A stretch of 63,767 nt of DNA, filler included. It is 8 parts of 8 records of this genome, joined end to end, with 100 filler letters (N's around TTAATTAATTAA, not from the genome) between each part and the next. Parts side by side here need not be neighbours in the genome. Positions count along the whole stretch, not along the records: positions 37,803 to 46,164 come from DRR723986_19788; positions 46,265 to 58,255 come from DRR723986_19826; 6 more parts are not named here. One strand, given 5' to 3'. Below the pieces are notes generated by a model that searched no databases, was not told where the DNA came from, and saw only the letters and a list, made by a program, of their open reading frames with translations. Position numbers and translations under genes: made by a program. Shown piece after piece: positions 42,120 through 51,654 of this stretch. Positions within the stretch are counted from its first letter, which is position 1, and each line of letters begins with the position of its first letter.

Positions 42120-42608
42120 TTATGATGGATCTACCAAGAATAGTGGTTGATCAAACTCAACAGGTGACGAATCATCTACTAAAACCTTAACTATTTTACC
42201 AGAAACTTCAGATTCAATCTCGTTGAATAATTTCATTGCTTCAATTACACAAAGTACATCTCCTTCTTTTATTTCTGTTCCCACCTCAACAAATACAGGT
42301 TTGTCTGGTGAAGGTTTACGATAAAATGTTCCTATTATTGGAGATTTAATAGTAATATATTTTGAGTCATCTGAGGCTGCAGCTGGAGCAGCAGGAGCTT
42401 CTGCAGCAGGGGCTGGAGCCTGTGCTTGAGCTGGCATTTGTTGCTGAACAACAGGTGCAGCCTGCATAGGTACTTGCTGTACTATTGTAGTATCGCTATC
42501 AGAGCCTGTTCTAATGGTAATTTTAACGTCATCCATTTCTAACTTAACCTCACTTGCACCAGACTTGGCTACAAATTTTATTAAGTTCTGAATTTCTTTT
42601 AAATCCAT
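42120..42608 (-). CDS. accB: Biotin carboxyl carrier protein
   Basis: Ala/Pro linker, EAMKLFNEI biotinylation motif. Confidence 0.97.
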   Translation of the reverse strand: MDLKEIQNLIKFVAKSGASEVKLEMDDVKITIRTGSDSDTTIVQQVPMQAAPVVQQQMPAQAQAPAPAAEAPAAPAAASDDSKYITIKSPIIGTFYRKPSPDKPVFVEVGTEIKEGDVLCVIEAMKLFNEIESEVSGKIVKVLVDDSSPVEFDQPLFLVDPS

Positions 42609-42640
42609 AATGTTTAAATATTTTGTTAGTTAGTTTATTA

Positions 42641-43636
42641 TTAAGAATTATATGCCCATTTAAAATAAATTGAGCCCCAAGTAAATCCGCCACCAAAAGC
42701 AGCAAAAATTATATTATCACCTTTTTTAAGTTGTGATTCATAATCATGCAAAAGAAGTGGTAATGTCGCTGATGTAGTATTTCCATACTTTTGTATATTC
42801 ATCATTACCTTTTCTTCCTCTAAATTAATTCTATTTGCAGTTGCATCAATGATTCGTTTATTCGCTTGGTGCGCTGCTAACCAAGAAATGTCGTTATTGG
42901 TTAAATTATTTCTTTTTAAAATTTTTTCTGCAACGTCTGCCATATTAAAAACAGCATTTTTAAATACCGTCTTTCCGTCTTGGAAAACATAATGCGACCC
43001 TTCATTATAAGTGTCTTCTGTTATTGGGTACGATGACCCTCCATATTTTGCATGTAAAAACTCACGACCAACACCGTTGCTTCTTAACAGCTCATCCTGG
43101 TGACCTAACCCTTCATGATTAGGCTCAAACAAAACAGCTCCTGCTCCATCACCAAAAATGATACAAGTTGCTCTATCTTTATAATTAATAAAAGATGAAT
43201 TCTTATCTGCTCCTATTAAGAGTACTTTTTTATAACGACCAGATTCTATATATGCAGATGCGGTAGACATTCCATAAAGGAAACTAGAACACGCTGCTTC
43301 TAAATCGTAAGAGAATGCATTTACTGCACCAATCTGTGTAGCTGTATATGCTGCTGTTGAGGCAGCTTTCATGTCTGGTGTTGCTGTTGCAACTATTACA
43401 AGATCTATTTCTTTTGGATCAAGATTTGTTTTTTGAATTAATTCTTCAACTGCTTTAATTGCTAAGAACGATGTGCCTTTTCCTTCTTCCTTAAGGATTC
43501 TGCGCTCTTTAATTCCTGTTCTTGTGGTAATCCATTCATCATTGGTGTCGATCATTGTCTCTAAGATTTTGTTAGATAAAACAAAATCGGGTACATAACC
43601 TCCGACACCAGTAATTGCTGCTGTGATTTTACTCAT
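42641..43636 (-). CDS. fabH: 3-oxoacyl-ACP synthase III
   Basis: RTGIKERR, AACSSF, HQANKRI, YGNTTSA, FGGGFTWG. Confidence 0.96.
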   Translation of the reverse strand: MSKITAAITGVGGYVPDFVLSNKILETMIDTNDEWITTRTGIKERRILKEEGKGTSFLAIKAVEELIQKTNLDPKEIDLVIVATATPDMKAASTAAYTATQIGAVNAFSYDLEAACSSFLYGMSTASAYIESGRYKKVLLIGADKNSSFINYKDRATCIIFGDGAGAVLFEPNHEGLGHQDELLRSNGVGREFLHAKYGGSSYPITEDTYNEGSHYVFQDGKTVFKNAVFNMADVAEKILKRNNLTNNDISWLAAHQANKRIIDATANRINLEEEKVMMNIQKYGNTTSATLPLLLHDYESQLKKGDNIIFAAFGGGFTWGSIYFKWAYNS

Positions 43637-43766
43637 TATTAGCTTTTAGATTAATTAAAAGTATAGAAAAATGGCAAAAATCAGTCGTTTTTATTCGATT
43701 TTTCCCATTTTTCGGCAAATAATTATGCAAATAAAGTGGTTTTTGACTTATTCAGAAAATTATAAT

Positions 43767-43794
43767 AAAAAAAACGCTCACAAGTGAGCGTTTT
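43767..43794 (-). terminator. Hairpin/terminator after rpmF
   Basis: AAAAAAAACGCTCAC-aa-GTGAGCGTTTT. Confidence 0.7.
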
Positions 43795-43814
43795 ATTATA
43801 TGCGTGCATAATAG

Positions 43815-44018
43815 TTATGCTAAATTTTCTTCTTCCGCAGAGTTATCAATTAAAACTTGACCTCTGTAATACAATTTACCTTCATGCCAATGTGCTCTGT
43901 GATATAAATGTGGCTCACCAGTTGTTGGGCAAGTTGCTATTTGAGGTACAGAAGCTTTATAATGAGTTCTTCTTTTATCTCTCCTTGTTTTTGATATTTT
44001 ACGTTTAGGATGTGCCAT
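43815..44018 (-). CDS. rpmF: 50S ribosomal protein L32
   Basis: [22 protein letters not shown]. Confidence 0.96.
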   Translation of the reverse strand: MAHPKRKISKTRRDKRRTHYKASVPQIATCPTTGEPHLYHRAHWHEGKLYYRGQVLIDNSAEEENLA

Positions 44019-44026
44019 TTTAAATG

Positions 44027-44578
44027 TTATTTATCCGTTAATAGTTTTTTTAAATTATTCCAACGAGGATCAATCTCCTCTGATGTTTTAGTTTTACTGT
44101 CCTCACCAGGACTTAATTCTTTTAATTTTGAAAGTATATCTGATTTCAATGTTCCATCTTCTACACCAGGATGAACTCTTTTAATTGGAACAGCCAAGAC
44201 AATAAGCTCATAGATATATTGTGCAATATTAAGCTCATATTCACCATGTGGAATAATTAAAATATCCTCATTGTCGTCATTATACTCACTACCAAACTTT
44301 ACAACTAATTTAAAAGTGTCATTAATATCTTGGTTGTAAGGTTCGTTAGTTAAATCACATTTGATATTTACATAACCATTTGCTGCAAAATACAACTCCA
44401 TTAAAGTTGTTTTTTTCTCAAACTTTAGGTCTATTTTTATATCAACTGAGTTAAACTCCTCGTAGTCAAAATTATTAAAGAACGTGTTATCAATATGATA
44501 ATCAAAATGATGCTCTCCAACCTTTAAACCAACAAATGGAATTATATAGTCTTTCAATACCTTCATTACCGCACTCAT
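44027..44578 (-). CDS. DUF177/YceD family protein
   Basis: Upstream of rpm[11 protein letters not shown]...[11 protein letters not shown]. Start may be 44566. Confidence 0.9.
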   Translation of the reverse strand: MSAVMKVLKDYIIPFVGLKVGEHHFDYHIDNTFFNNFDYEEFNSVDIKIDLKFEKKTTLMELYFAANGYVNIKCDLTNEPYNQDINDTFKLVVKFGSEYNDDNEDILIIPHGEYELNIAQYIYELIVLAVPIKRVHPGVEDGTLKSDILSKLKELSPGEDSKTKTSEEIDPRWNNLKKLLTDK

Positions 44579-44645
44579 TTTGAGCCTGCAAATATATAAA
44601 TTTTTACTTTATTAAGCCCTAGATATCAACAATTTTTGTTCATAT

Positions 44646-45686
44646 CTATTTTGATGCCTTTTTTAAAGGGTTTTTGCTGTAGTTTAAATACTCTTTTCTA
44701 TTTCTAAAGATTTGAATGGCCATATATATGGCATGCTTCAAAGAACTTTCATCAGCAACTCCCTTTCCCGCTATTTCATAGGCGGTACCGTGATCTGGTG
44801 AAGTTCTTACCTTATTAAGCCCAGCAGTAAAATTGACTCCTTCGCCAAAAGCGATAGTTTTAAACGGGATTAATCCTTGATCGTGGTAGGAAGCAATTAT
44901 AACATCAAAACTTCTGTATGTATTTGAACCAAAGAAACTATCTGCTGAATATGGTCCGTACACTAAATGCCCTTCGGCTTTTAAGTCGTCTAATGTTGGC
45001 TTTAAAACTTTATCATCCTCATCACCAATTACGCCGCTATCGCCCGCGTGAGGATTTATTGCTAAGACGGCTATTTTTGGTTTTCTAATTCCAAAATCTT
45101 GTTTTAAAGATGTCATTACAGTATTAATTTTCTCTTTTATTAATTGCTCTGTAATGGTATTTGCAGCATCTTTAAGAGGAACATGATCCGTTAGAAGCCC
45201 TACTCGCAATCCTTCAGACACCATAAACATTAAACTGTTTCCGGCTAATTCCTTTGCTAAATAGTCCGTATGACCAGGAAAATTAAATTTATCTGATTGT
45301 ATATTGTGTTTGTTAATCGGCGCGGTTACCAAAACATCAATTTTATCTTCCTTAAGAGCTTTAGTGGCAGATTCTAAAGACTTTATTGCGTATTCACCAA
45401 TTTTGTTGTCTTCTTTCCCAAATTCAATTTTTACCGGTTCCCTCCAAACATTAACCACATTGACTTTACCATGTACTATATTATCTGATGAATCAATATT
45501 AAAGAGGTTAATTTTACTATTAAAATAGTTTTTGAAAAATTGCATTGTTTTACCAGAAGCAAAAATCACTGGTGTGCAAAGATCTAAGGATCTTGAATCT
45601 TCAAATGCCTTAATAATAATCTCAGGACCAATTCCATTTAAATCTCCTACAGATATACCAACTGTGATTTTTTCTTGCCTTTTCAT
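44646..45686 (-). CDS. pdxA: 4-hydroxythreonine-4-phosphate dehydrogenase
   Basis: GDLNGIGPE, TAPINK, PGHTDYL, NPHAGD, YHDQGL, RTSPDHGTA. Confidence 0.96.
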   Translation of the reverse strand: MKRQEKITVGISVGDLNGIGPEIIIKAFEDSRSLDLCTPVIFASGKTMQFFKNYFNSKINLFNIDSSDNIVHGKVNVVNVWREPVKIEFGKEDNKIGEYAIKSLESATKALKEDKIDVLVTAPINKHNIQSDKFNFPGHTDYLAKELAGNSLMFMVSEGLRVGLLTDHVPLKDAANTITEQLIKEKINTVMTSLKQDFGIRKPKIAVLAINPHAGDSGVIGDEDDKVLKPTLDDLKAEGHLVYGPYSADSFFGSNTYRSFDVIIASYHDQGLIPFKTIAFGEGVNFTAGLNKVRTSPDHGTAYEIAGKGVADESSLKHAIYMAIQIFRNRKEYLNYSKNPLKKASK

Positions 45687-45784
45687 ACCTGTTCTTATCC
45701 TATTTTTTTATTAAAATTGATAATTGAATTGTGTTATGTGCGTAACTTTGCAACTGCAAATTTAACTAAACAAAAGGACAAATT

Positions 45785-46164
45785 ATGTTTACTGGTATTA
45801 TTGAAGATTTAGGTACGGTTAAAAAATTGATAAAAGATGGTGGAAATCTTCATTTAATCATAAATACATCGATTACTAATGAATTAAAAATAGACCAAAG
45901 TGTTGCGCATAATGGAGTCTGCCTAACAGTTGTAGGTATTGATGGAAATGACTACACCGTAACTGCCATACAAGAAACTTTAGATAAAACAAACTTAGGT
46001 GGTCTACAAATAGGTTCTAAAATTAATATTGAAAGAGCAATGCAGCTTGGTGATCGCTTAGATGGTCATATTGTTCAGGGCCATGTAGACCAAGTTGCTA
46101 AATGCACAGGTGTTGTTGAAGAAGATGGTAGCTGGATTTTTAGTTTTGAATATGACTCTGCAGA
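45785..46164 (+). CDS. ribE: Riboflavin synthase (3' truncated)
   Basis: MFTGIIE, SVAHNGVCLTV, RLDGHIVQGHVD; TAACTTTG -7 box near 45743. Confidence 0.95.
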
Positions 46165-46515
46165 NNNNNNNNNNNNNNNNNNNNNNNNNNNNNNNNNNNN
46201 NNNNNNNNTTAATTAATTAANNNNNNNNNNNNNNNNNNNNNNNNNNNNNNNNNNNNNNNNNNNNCTCACAGCACTTAGGGCTGTGAGCACGTTTTGCACA
46301 CAGCTACTAGCCCAAGCGCCCGCTGTCTACACGTCTCGGAACTCAAAGACTCAAGAGCCAAACATCAGACACCGGGCCCAAGGAATTTAAACCAACTCGC
46401 CGGCTTTGACAGCCTAACCCAAAACAAAACAAGAAACTCAAAAAGCTATACCGTAGGTATAAAGCGCTCATCCAGGACGTTAAGTAGATGGGGGTAGAAA
46501 GTAAACACTGAGGGA

Positions 46516-46950
46516 TCCGTCAACTCGTGAACATCAAACACAGCGAGGCACTTTAACACTTGAATATTAAACGCAGGCGAGGCCCGTCAACTCGCAAACT
46601 TCGCCCACAGGCGAGGCACTTTAACACTTGAACATTAAACGCAGGTGAGGCCCGCCAACTCGCAAACTTCAACCACAGACAAGGCTCGTTAACATGCGAA
46701 CATCTAACGCAGGTGAGGCCCGTTAGCTCGCGAACATCAAACACAGCGGGGCACATTAGCACTTGAATATTAAACACAGGCGGCAACAGTCAACTCGCAA
46801 ACTTCAACCACAAGCAAGGCTCGTTAACATGCGAACATTAAATACAGGCGAGGCTCGCCAACTCGCAAACTTCAGTCACAGGCAAGGCTCGTTAGCATGC
46901 AAACACTAAACACAGGTGGCAACTGTTAATTCGTGACAATTAAATAACGG
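46516..46950. repeat. Degenerate 34-bp tandem array of about 13 units with alternating unit types
   Basis: Unit starts at 46516, 46549, 46583, 46617, 46651, 46685, 46719, 46752, 46786, 46820, 46854, 46888, 46922; e.g. CACTTTAACACTTGAATATTAAACGCAGGCGAGG / CCCGTCAACTCGCAAACTTCGCCCACAGGCGAGG. Confidence 0.9.
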
Positions 46951-46995
46951 AAGAAGTACCAGGGACGTGCGGCGATGGTGACAGACCGACAAAAC

Positions 46996-47682
46996 CTAGA
47001 ATTCGCCGATAACGCGGCGCAGACCGGCAGGATCCAGAACAACTATTCCGGCATCTCCACGACGCAAAAGACCACGCTTGTCAAATTCGCGCAACAACTT
47101 AACTAAAGTGCCGTCGGCGCTGGTGGAAAGAGCGCTGATATCGTTAACATCCAGGCAAGGTTCGGTGTTAGGAGCCTCGCGCAATAGTGCTTCGCGCAAC
47201 ATTAACAACGCCCAGGCTACACGTTGGCGCGCAGAACGGGTGGACATACCAACAAGCGCAGCTTCAACATCTTCAACTTTGCGGCTGAGCATGGAAAAAA
47301 TGACGAGCTGGATCTGGGGCTGACTGCGCAGCAACTCTTCAAAAGCCGTACGATCAATGCGCAAGACTGCAACAGGGACAATTGCGGTGGCGCTGCTGGA
47401 GTGGCGTTCGCTGCGCATCACATCGCGGATTCCCAGGAAGTCGCCCTTGGTGGCAAGCCCTACAATACAGTCCTCGTTACGGCGGCATTTGCGGACGAGT
47501 TTAACGACCCCACGCTCTAAAGCAAAAATTGCATCGGCGGAATCACCCTCGTTGTAAATGCGTGTGCCGGCACTTACGGACTCCCAGGTCGCCTCAGACA
47601 ACAGCATGTCCATAGCCGACCGCAGGCGGGCTGCGTAGCTTGGCACTTCGAATAATGCTGCGGATTTGACGCTTGTGCTCAT
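46996..47682 (-). CDS. Crp/Fnr family regulator (divergent, no N-terminal Cys cluster)
   Basis: cNMP-binding fold IYNEGD..GVVKL..GDFLG; RQRVAWALL; weak HTH LLREFDKRGLL. Confidence 0.8.
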   Translation of the reverse strand: MSTSVKSAALFEVPSYAARLRSAMDMLLSEATWESVSAGTRIYNEGDSADAIFALERGVVKLVRKCRRNEDCIVGLATKGDFLGIRDVMRSERHSSSATAIVPVAVLRIDRTAFEELLRSQPQIQLVIFSMLSRKVEDVEAALVGMSTRSARQRVAWALLMLREALLREAPNTEPCLDVNDISALSTSADGTLVKLLREFDKRGLLRRGDAGIVVLDPAGLRRVIGEF

Positions 47683-47760
47683 TGTTAAACTTCTGCCGAT
47701 TGCATTACAATGGGGTTTTCAGACTTAGCGCAAAAATGAAGAGACACGAAACTTTAAACA

Positions 47761-47774
47761 ATGACAAATATCAC
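47761..47774. promoter_or_regulatory. FNR-like box upstream of the second Crp/Fnr gene
   Basis: ATGAC-AAAT-ATCAC compared with TTGAT-N4-ATCAA. Confidence 0.45.
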
Positions 47775-47878
47775 ATACGCAAATGATAGTCGCCTGCTCA
47801 AACTGGTGTTAAGCGGAGTGCAATGCGGCAACTGTTCTGCTGCAATCATCAGCCCGGGGGAGTACGGCAAAGGCCAAA

Positions 47879-48595
47879 TCAGTCGACCACGTTGGCCAGT
47901 TTGATCAATCCCTTTTTATCGGCAATTACGATGTTTTTGCCGCGAAGCTCCACAAAACCTTCTTTGCGAAACTCGGAGAGCAGGCGAATGCAGCTTTCGG
48001 TGGCCGTTCCAACGATATTTGCCAGGTCTTCGCGCGTCAACTGGATATCCAGGGTAACGCCGTCGTCCTGTGTACCAAAGGTTGTGCCCAGCATCAGGAG
48101 CGTCTGTGCAAGGCGTTCGCGTACCGGCATTTGTGAAAGTTCCACCATGCGCTCCTCGGCCTCACGCAGGTCGTGCGTCAGCAGTTGCATCAGGCGATTG
48201 AGCAGCTTGTGGTCTTCGGCTATCAACTCCATAAAAGCGGCTTGAGGGATGTGGCAGAGCACGGTTTCTTCCAGCGCTTCGGCGGTAGCGGAATAAAGTT
48301 CGCCACTGAGCAGGGCGCGGTAGCCAAGAACATCGCCGTTTTTAGCCAGGCGCACGATATGTTCGCGGCCGGATTCACTGGACTTGTAGATTTTGACTTT
48401 GCCTTTAAAGAGGCAGAAGAGGCCGGACGGGCGGTTGCCTTCATAGAAGATTATCTGCCCGCGCTTGTAGGTGTTTGTGTTCTTGGTGCTGTCAACTTTG
48501 AGTAAGCCCGAATGACTGAGGTCACACAGAATCGAGTTCTGACGCGCGCCACAGGAGGCACATTCAGGTGATTCAAACCGTTTCTTATTTGGCAT
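47879..48595 (-). CDS. Crp/Fnr family regulator, FNR-like O2 sensor
   Basis: N-terminal CASC-x8-C plus internal Cys; HTH LTREDLANIVGTATESCIRLLSEF; divergent from the cco cluster. Confidence 0.88.
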   Translation of the reverse strand: MPNKKRFESPECASCGARQNSILCDLSHSGLLKVDSTKNTNTYKRGQIIFYEGNRPSGLFCLFKGKVKIYKSSESGREHIVRLAKNGDVLGYRALLSGELYSATAEALEETVLCHIPQAAFMELIAEDHKLLNRLMQLLTHDLREAEERMVELSQMPVRERLAQTLLMLGTTFGTQDDGVTLDIQLTREDLANIVGTATESCIRLLSEFRKEGFVELRGKNIVIADKKGLIKLANVVD

Positions 48596-48727
48596 TGCCC
48601 TAACACCTTTCCGGAAGCACTACTGGAACGCAGCGTTGACAGAGTCAGTATTTCCGACTATTTGATCACATCCCCGGCAAAAATACAAAATGCTCAGGCC
48701 GCATTCCAACTAATCGGAAAGTCAGAC

Positions 48728-48763
48728 ATGATTTTTATCAGCTTTTAGCTTGACCGGGGTCAT
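48728..48763. promoter_or_regulatory. Tandem FNR-like boxes
   Basis: ATGAT-TTTT-ATCAG (48728-48741) and TTGAC-CGGG-GTCAT (48750-48763), 22 bp apart. Confidence 0.65.
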
Positions 48764-48902
48764 TTAGCACGCTGACCTGCTGCGCTAAATTGCCATGAAA
48801 TTAACGAGAATAGCCCAAAATCGGCACTAACATGTAACCATGGTGGCTGACGGGGCACTCGGTAAACTTCGCGGCACTGAGTTCGCGACGCAGGCGCTAA
48901 CC

Positions 48903-51383
48903 ATGACGAATAAAACGGCAACATCACCTACGGCAGAGGCTCTCCAGTGCACGCACTGCGGTCTGGACTGTCCCGACGACAGTATTGGCCGCGGCGATGC
49001 AATCTTCTGCTGTGAGGGTTGCCGGATAGTATTTGACATGCTTGCGGATCGCGACCTGGACGGGTATTACTGCCCAACGCCAGGTAGCGACGGACGCCCG
49101 GGGAATCGACTGGAAGCACTCCCCGACTCAAGTGATTTTGATTACCTGGACGATGAAGCGCTGTTGGCTCGCCTGCTGGATTTCCGCGGTGAAGACCTGG
49201 CGATTGTACGTCTGAAGATCCCGGGCATCCACTGTGCCTCTTGCGTCTGGCTGCTGGAAAACCTCTACAAGCTGGACGCCGGTGTGCGGCATTCCGAAGT
49301 CAACTTCATGCGCAAGGAGTTACAGCTGCGCTTTGATCCGCGGCAGACGAGTTTGCGCGCGATTGTAGAGCTGCTGTACAGCATTGCCTACCCACCCGAA
49401 ATCAATCTGGCTTCGGCGCGCAAAACAGCGGCGGCACCCACTGCGCGCATCGAATGGCTGCGCCTGGGCGTGGCGGGCTTCTGTTTTGGCAACATCATGC
49501 TTTTCAGCTTCCCGGAATATCTGGCCGGCGCTACGGGCCTGGCCGCCACCGGAAACATGGGACAGCAATTTGCCGACCTGTTTGCGTGGCTCAACCTGGG
49601 GCTTTCGCTGCCGGTTCTGCTGTTCAGCGCGGCGCCATTTTTCCGTTCGGCTTTCCACAGCATGCGTGGGCGCAATGTCAATATCGACGTGCCGATCGCG
49701 CTGGGTATCTGCGTGCTCTTCATTCGCAGCCTGGTGGACATCGCCATTCTTGGTGCTCCCGGCTTTCTGGATTCGATGGCCGCGCTGGTCTTCCTGCTGC
49801 TCCTGGGGCGTATGTTCCAGCGCAAGACCTATGACCGCCTGGCCTTTGACCGCGACTATGCAGCTTATTTCCCGCTTTCCGTGCGCATTGAAGCCGCAGA
49901 GGGCAATACAACACGCTCGCTGGACTCACTGGAGCCCGGCGATATTATTGTAATCCGCAATGGTGAGCTGATTCCGGCCGACGCGGTTCTGCTTTCCGAC
50001 GAAGCGGCGATAGACTACAGCTTTGTGACCGGCGAATCGGAAGCACAACAGCGCAGCAGCGGTGACCTTGTGTATGCCGGCGGGCGCCTGACGGGAGCCC
50101 AGGCGCGCTTCCAGACTGTTAAACAGGTGTCGCAGAGTTATCTGACCGACCTGTGGAACAACGGCGTTTTTGCGGGTGAAAAACACGCGGGTTTCAGCGA
50201 CCTTACAAACCGCTTCAGCAAATACTTCACGGCGGCAATTATCCTGATTGCGGCCGGCGCCGGATTGTACTGGACACTTGCCGCCGGAGACTTCAGCGCG
50301 GCGGTTGATGCCGCCACGGCCAGTTTAATTGTGGCCTGCCCCTGCGCGCTGGCGCTGGCGGGACCATTTACTTTTGGCTCGGCGCTGAGTGTTCTGGCGG
50401 GCCGCGGCCTGTATGTTAAAAATGCAGATACACTGGAACTGCTGGCTTCGGCAAGCACGGTAGTATTTGACAAAACCGGCACCTTAACACGCGCACAGAA
50501 CGCCGGGATGCACTACCACGGCATTGAGTTAACAATTGAAGAAATTGCAATGGTGGTTAAGACTGCCGAGGCATCCAACCATCCATTGAGCCGCGGCATC
50601 ACACAGCTTCTGGGCGAAGACGCAGAATACATTGGTGACGCAATCATTGACGAGCTGCCGGGCAAAGGTCTGCGCGCGCAGTTTTACAATGGTCACCAGG
50701 TGTTAATCGGTTCGGCGGCCTGGCTGGCGGCTGAAGGCATTAAGCTGCGCGAAGAATATCCGGTTAAGGACTCGGCGGCGCACCTGGCAATCGACAATCA
50801 ATATCTGGGTGCTTTTGTTCAGGAAAATACACTGCGCAGCGGCGTCGAGGCCATGCTGGCACGCCTGCGCAGCAAAGTTAAACTGTTTCTGCTCTCGGGT
50901 GATACGGCTCAAAAAAACAACTCCGTCAGAAGCGCATTACAGGGCGCATTTGGCGCTGAAGACAAGGTCCATTTTGAGCAGTCACCACATGACAAGCTTG
51001 AATTCCTGGATCAGCTGGAACAAGCCGGTGAAACCACGCTGATGGTAGGCGATGGACTTAACGATGCGGGCGCGCTGCGCCGCAGTACCGTTGGTGTGGC
51101 CGTGGTGGAAAACACGGCCTCTTTCACACCCGCAAGTGATGCGATTCTGGAAGCTGAGGCGCTGGCAGCGCTGCCGGACTTCCTGCGCTATTCGCGACGC
51201 TGCCTGCTGGTAGTAAAAATTTGTATCGGCCTTTCACTGATGTACAACATCGTTGGCCTGACGCTGGCGGTTCAGGGGCTGCTCTCTCCGTTGGCAAGCG
51301 CAATCCTGATGCCCGTCAGTTCAATTTCCGTCATTGTTTTAAGCACACTCGGCGCGCGTCTACGTGCTCCGCGGGAGGTCTAG
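48903..51383 (+). CDS. ccoI: Heavy-metal (Cu) P1B-type ATPase CcoI/FixI
   Basis: CTHCGLDC..FCCEGC, IHCASC, TGES, ACPCAL, DKTGT, GDGLNDA; head of the cco cluster. Confidence 0.92.
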   Translation: MTNKTATSPTAEALQCTHCGLDCPDDSIGRGDAIFCCEGCRIVFDMLADRDLDGYYCPTPGSDGRPGNRLEALPDSSDFDYLDDEALLARLLDFRGEDLAIVRLKIPGIHCASCVWLLENLYKLDAGVRHSEVNFMRKELQLRFDPRQTSLRAIVELLYSIAYPPEINLASARKTAAAPTARIEWLRLGVAGFCFGNIMLFSFPEYLAGATGLAATGNMGQQFADLFAWLNLGLSLPVLLFSAAPFFRSAFHSMRGRNVNIDVPIALGICVLFIRSLVDIAILGAPGFLDSMAALVFLLLLGRMFQRKTYDRLAFDRDYAAYFPLSVRIEAAEGNTTRSLDSLEPGDIIVIRNGELIPADAVLLSDEAAIDYSFVTGESEAQQRSSGDLVYAGGRLTGAQARFQTVKQVSQSYLTDLWNNGVFAGEKHAGFSDLTNRFSKYFTAAIILIAAGAGLYWTLAAGDFSAAVDAATASLIVACPCALALAGPFTFGSALSVLAGRGLYVKNADTLELLASASTVVFDKTGTLTRAQNAGMHYHGIELTIEEIAMVVKTAEASNHPLSRGITQLLGEDAEYIGDAIIDELPGKGLRAQFYNGHQVLIGSAAWLAAEGIKLREEYPVKDSAAHLAIDNQYLGAFVQENTLRSGVEAMLARLRSKVKLFLLSGDTAQKNNSVRSALQGAFGAEDKVHFEQSPHDKLEFLDQLEQAGETTLMVGDGLNDAGALRRSTVGVAVVENTASFTPASDAILEAEALAALPDFLRYSRRCLLVVKICIGLSLMYNIVGLTLAVQGLLSPLASAILMPVSSISVIVLSTLGARLRAPREV

Positions 51384-51384
51384 C

Positions 51385-51585
51385 ATGAGCGTTATTGTGG
51401 TCTTAATTGGCTGTAGCCTGCTGCTCGCCGTGGGTTTTCTGCTGGCTTTTGTCTGGGCGGTGCGCGGCGGTCAATTTGATGACCAATACACGCCTTCGGT
51501 CCGGATATTGTTTGACGGTGAAGATGTTAAATCTCCGCGGAAGGCTTCCGGGACTGATGTAGCCGGCGATCAGCCTGCTGCTTAA
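51385..51585 (+). CDS. ccoS: cbb3 oxidase assembly protein CcoS
   Basis: LLAFVWAVRGGQFDDQYTPSVRILFD. Confidence 0.92.
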   Translation: MSVIVVLIGCSLLLAVGFLLAFVWAVRGGQFDDQYTPSVRILFDGEDVKSPRKASGTDVAGDQPAA

Positions 51586-51654
51586 CGAAAATACGATCAA
51601 TTGCACAGTACAAAATAGTAGTACGGAACTGTTGAATCTTTCAGAGGTGTTTCC

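Noticed and set aside
43815-44018. Zn-ribbon-less L32 as a zinc-starvation paralogue
   Set aside because: It sits in the canonical DUF177-rpmF-fabH context and this form is normal for Flavobacteriaceae
46516-46950. CRISPR array
   Set aside because: Units are contiguous and all mutually similar, with no unique spacers, no constant repeat and no cas genes; the ORF 46553..46786 over it is incidental
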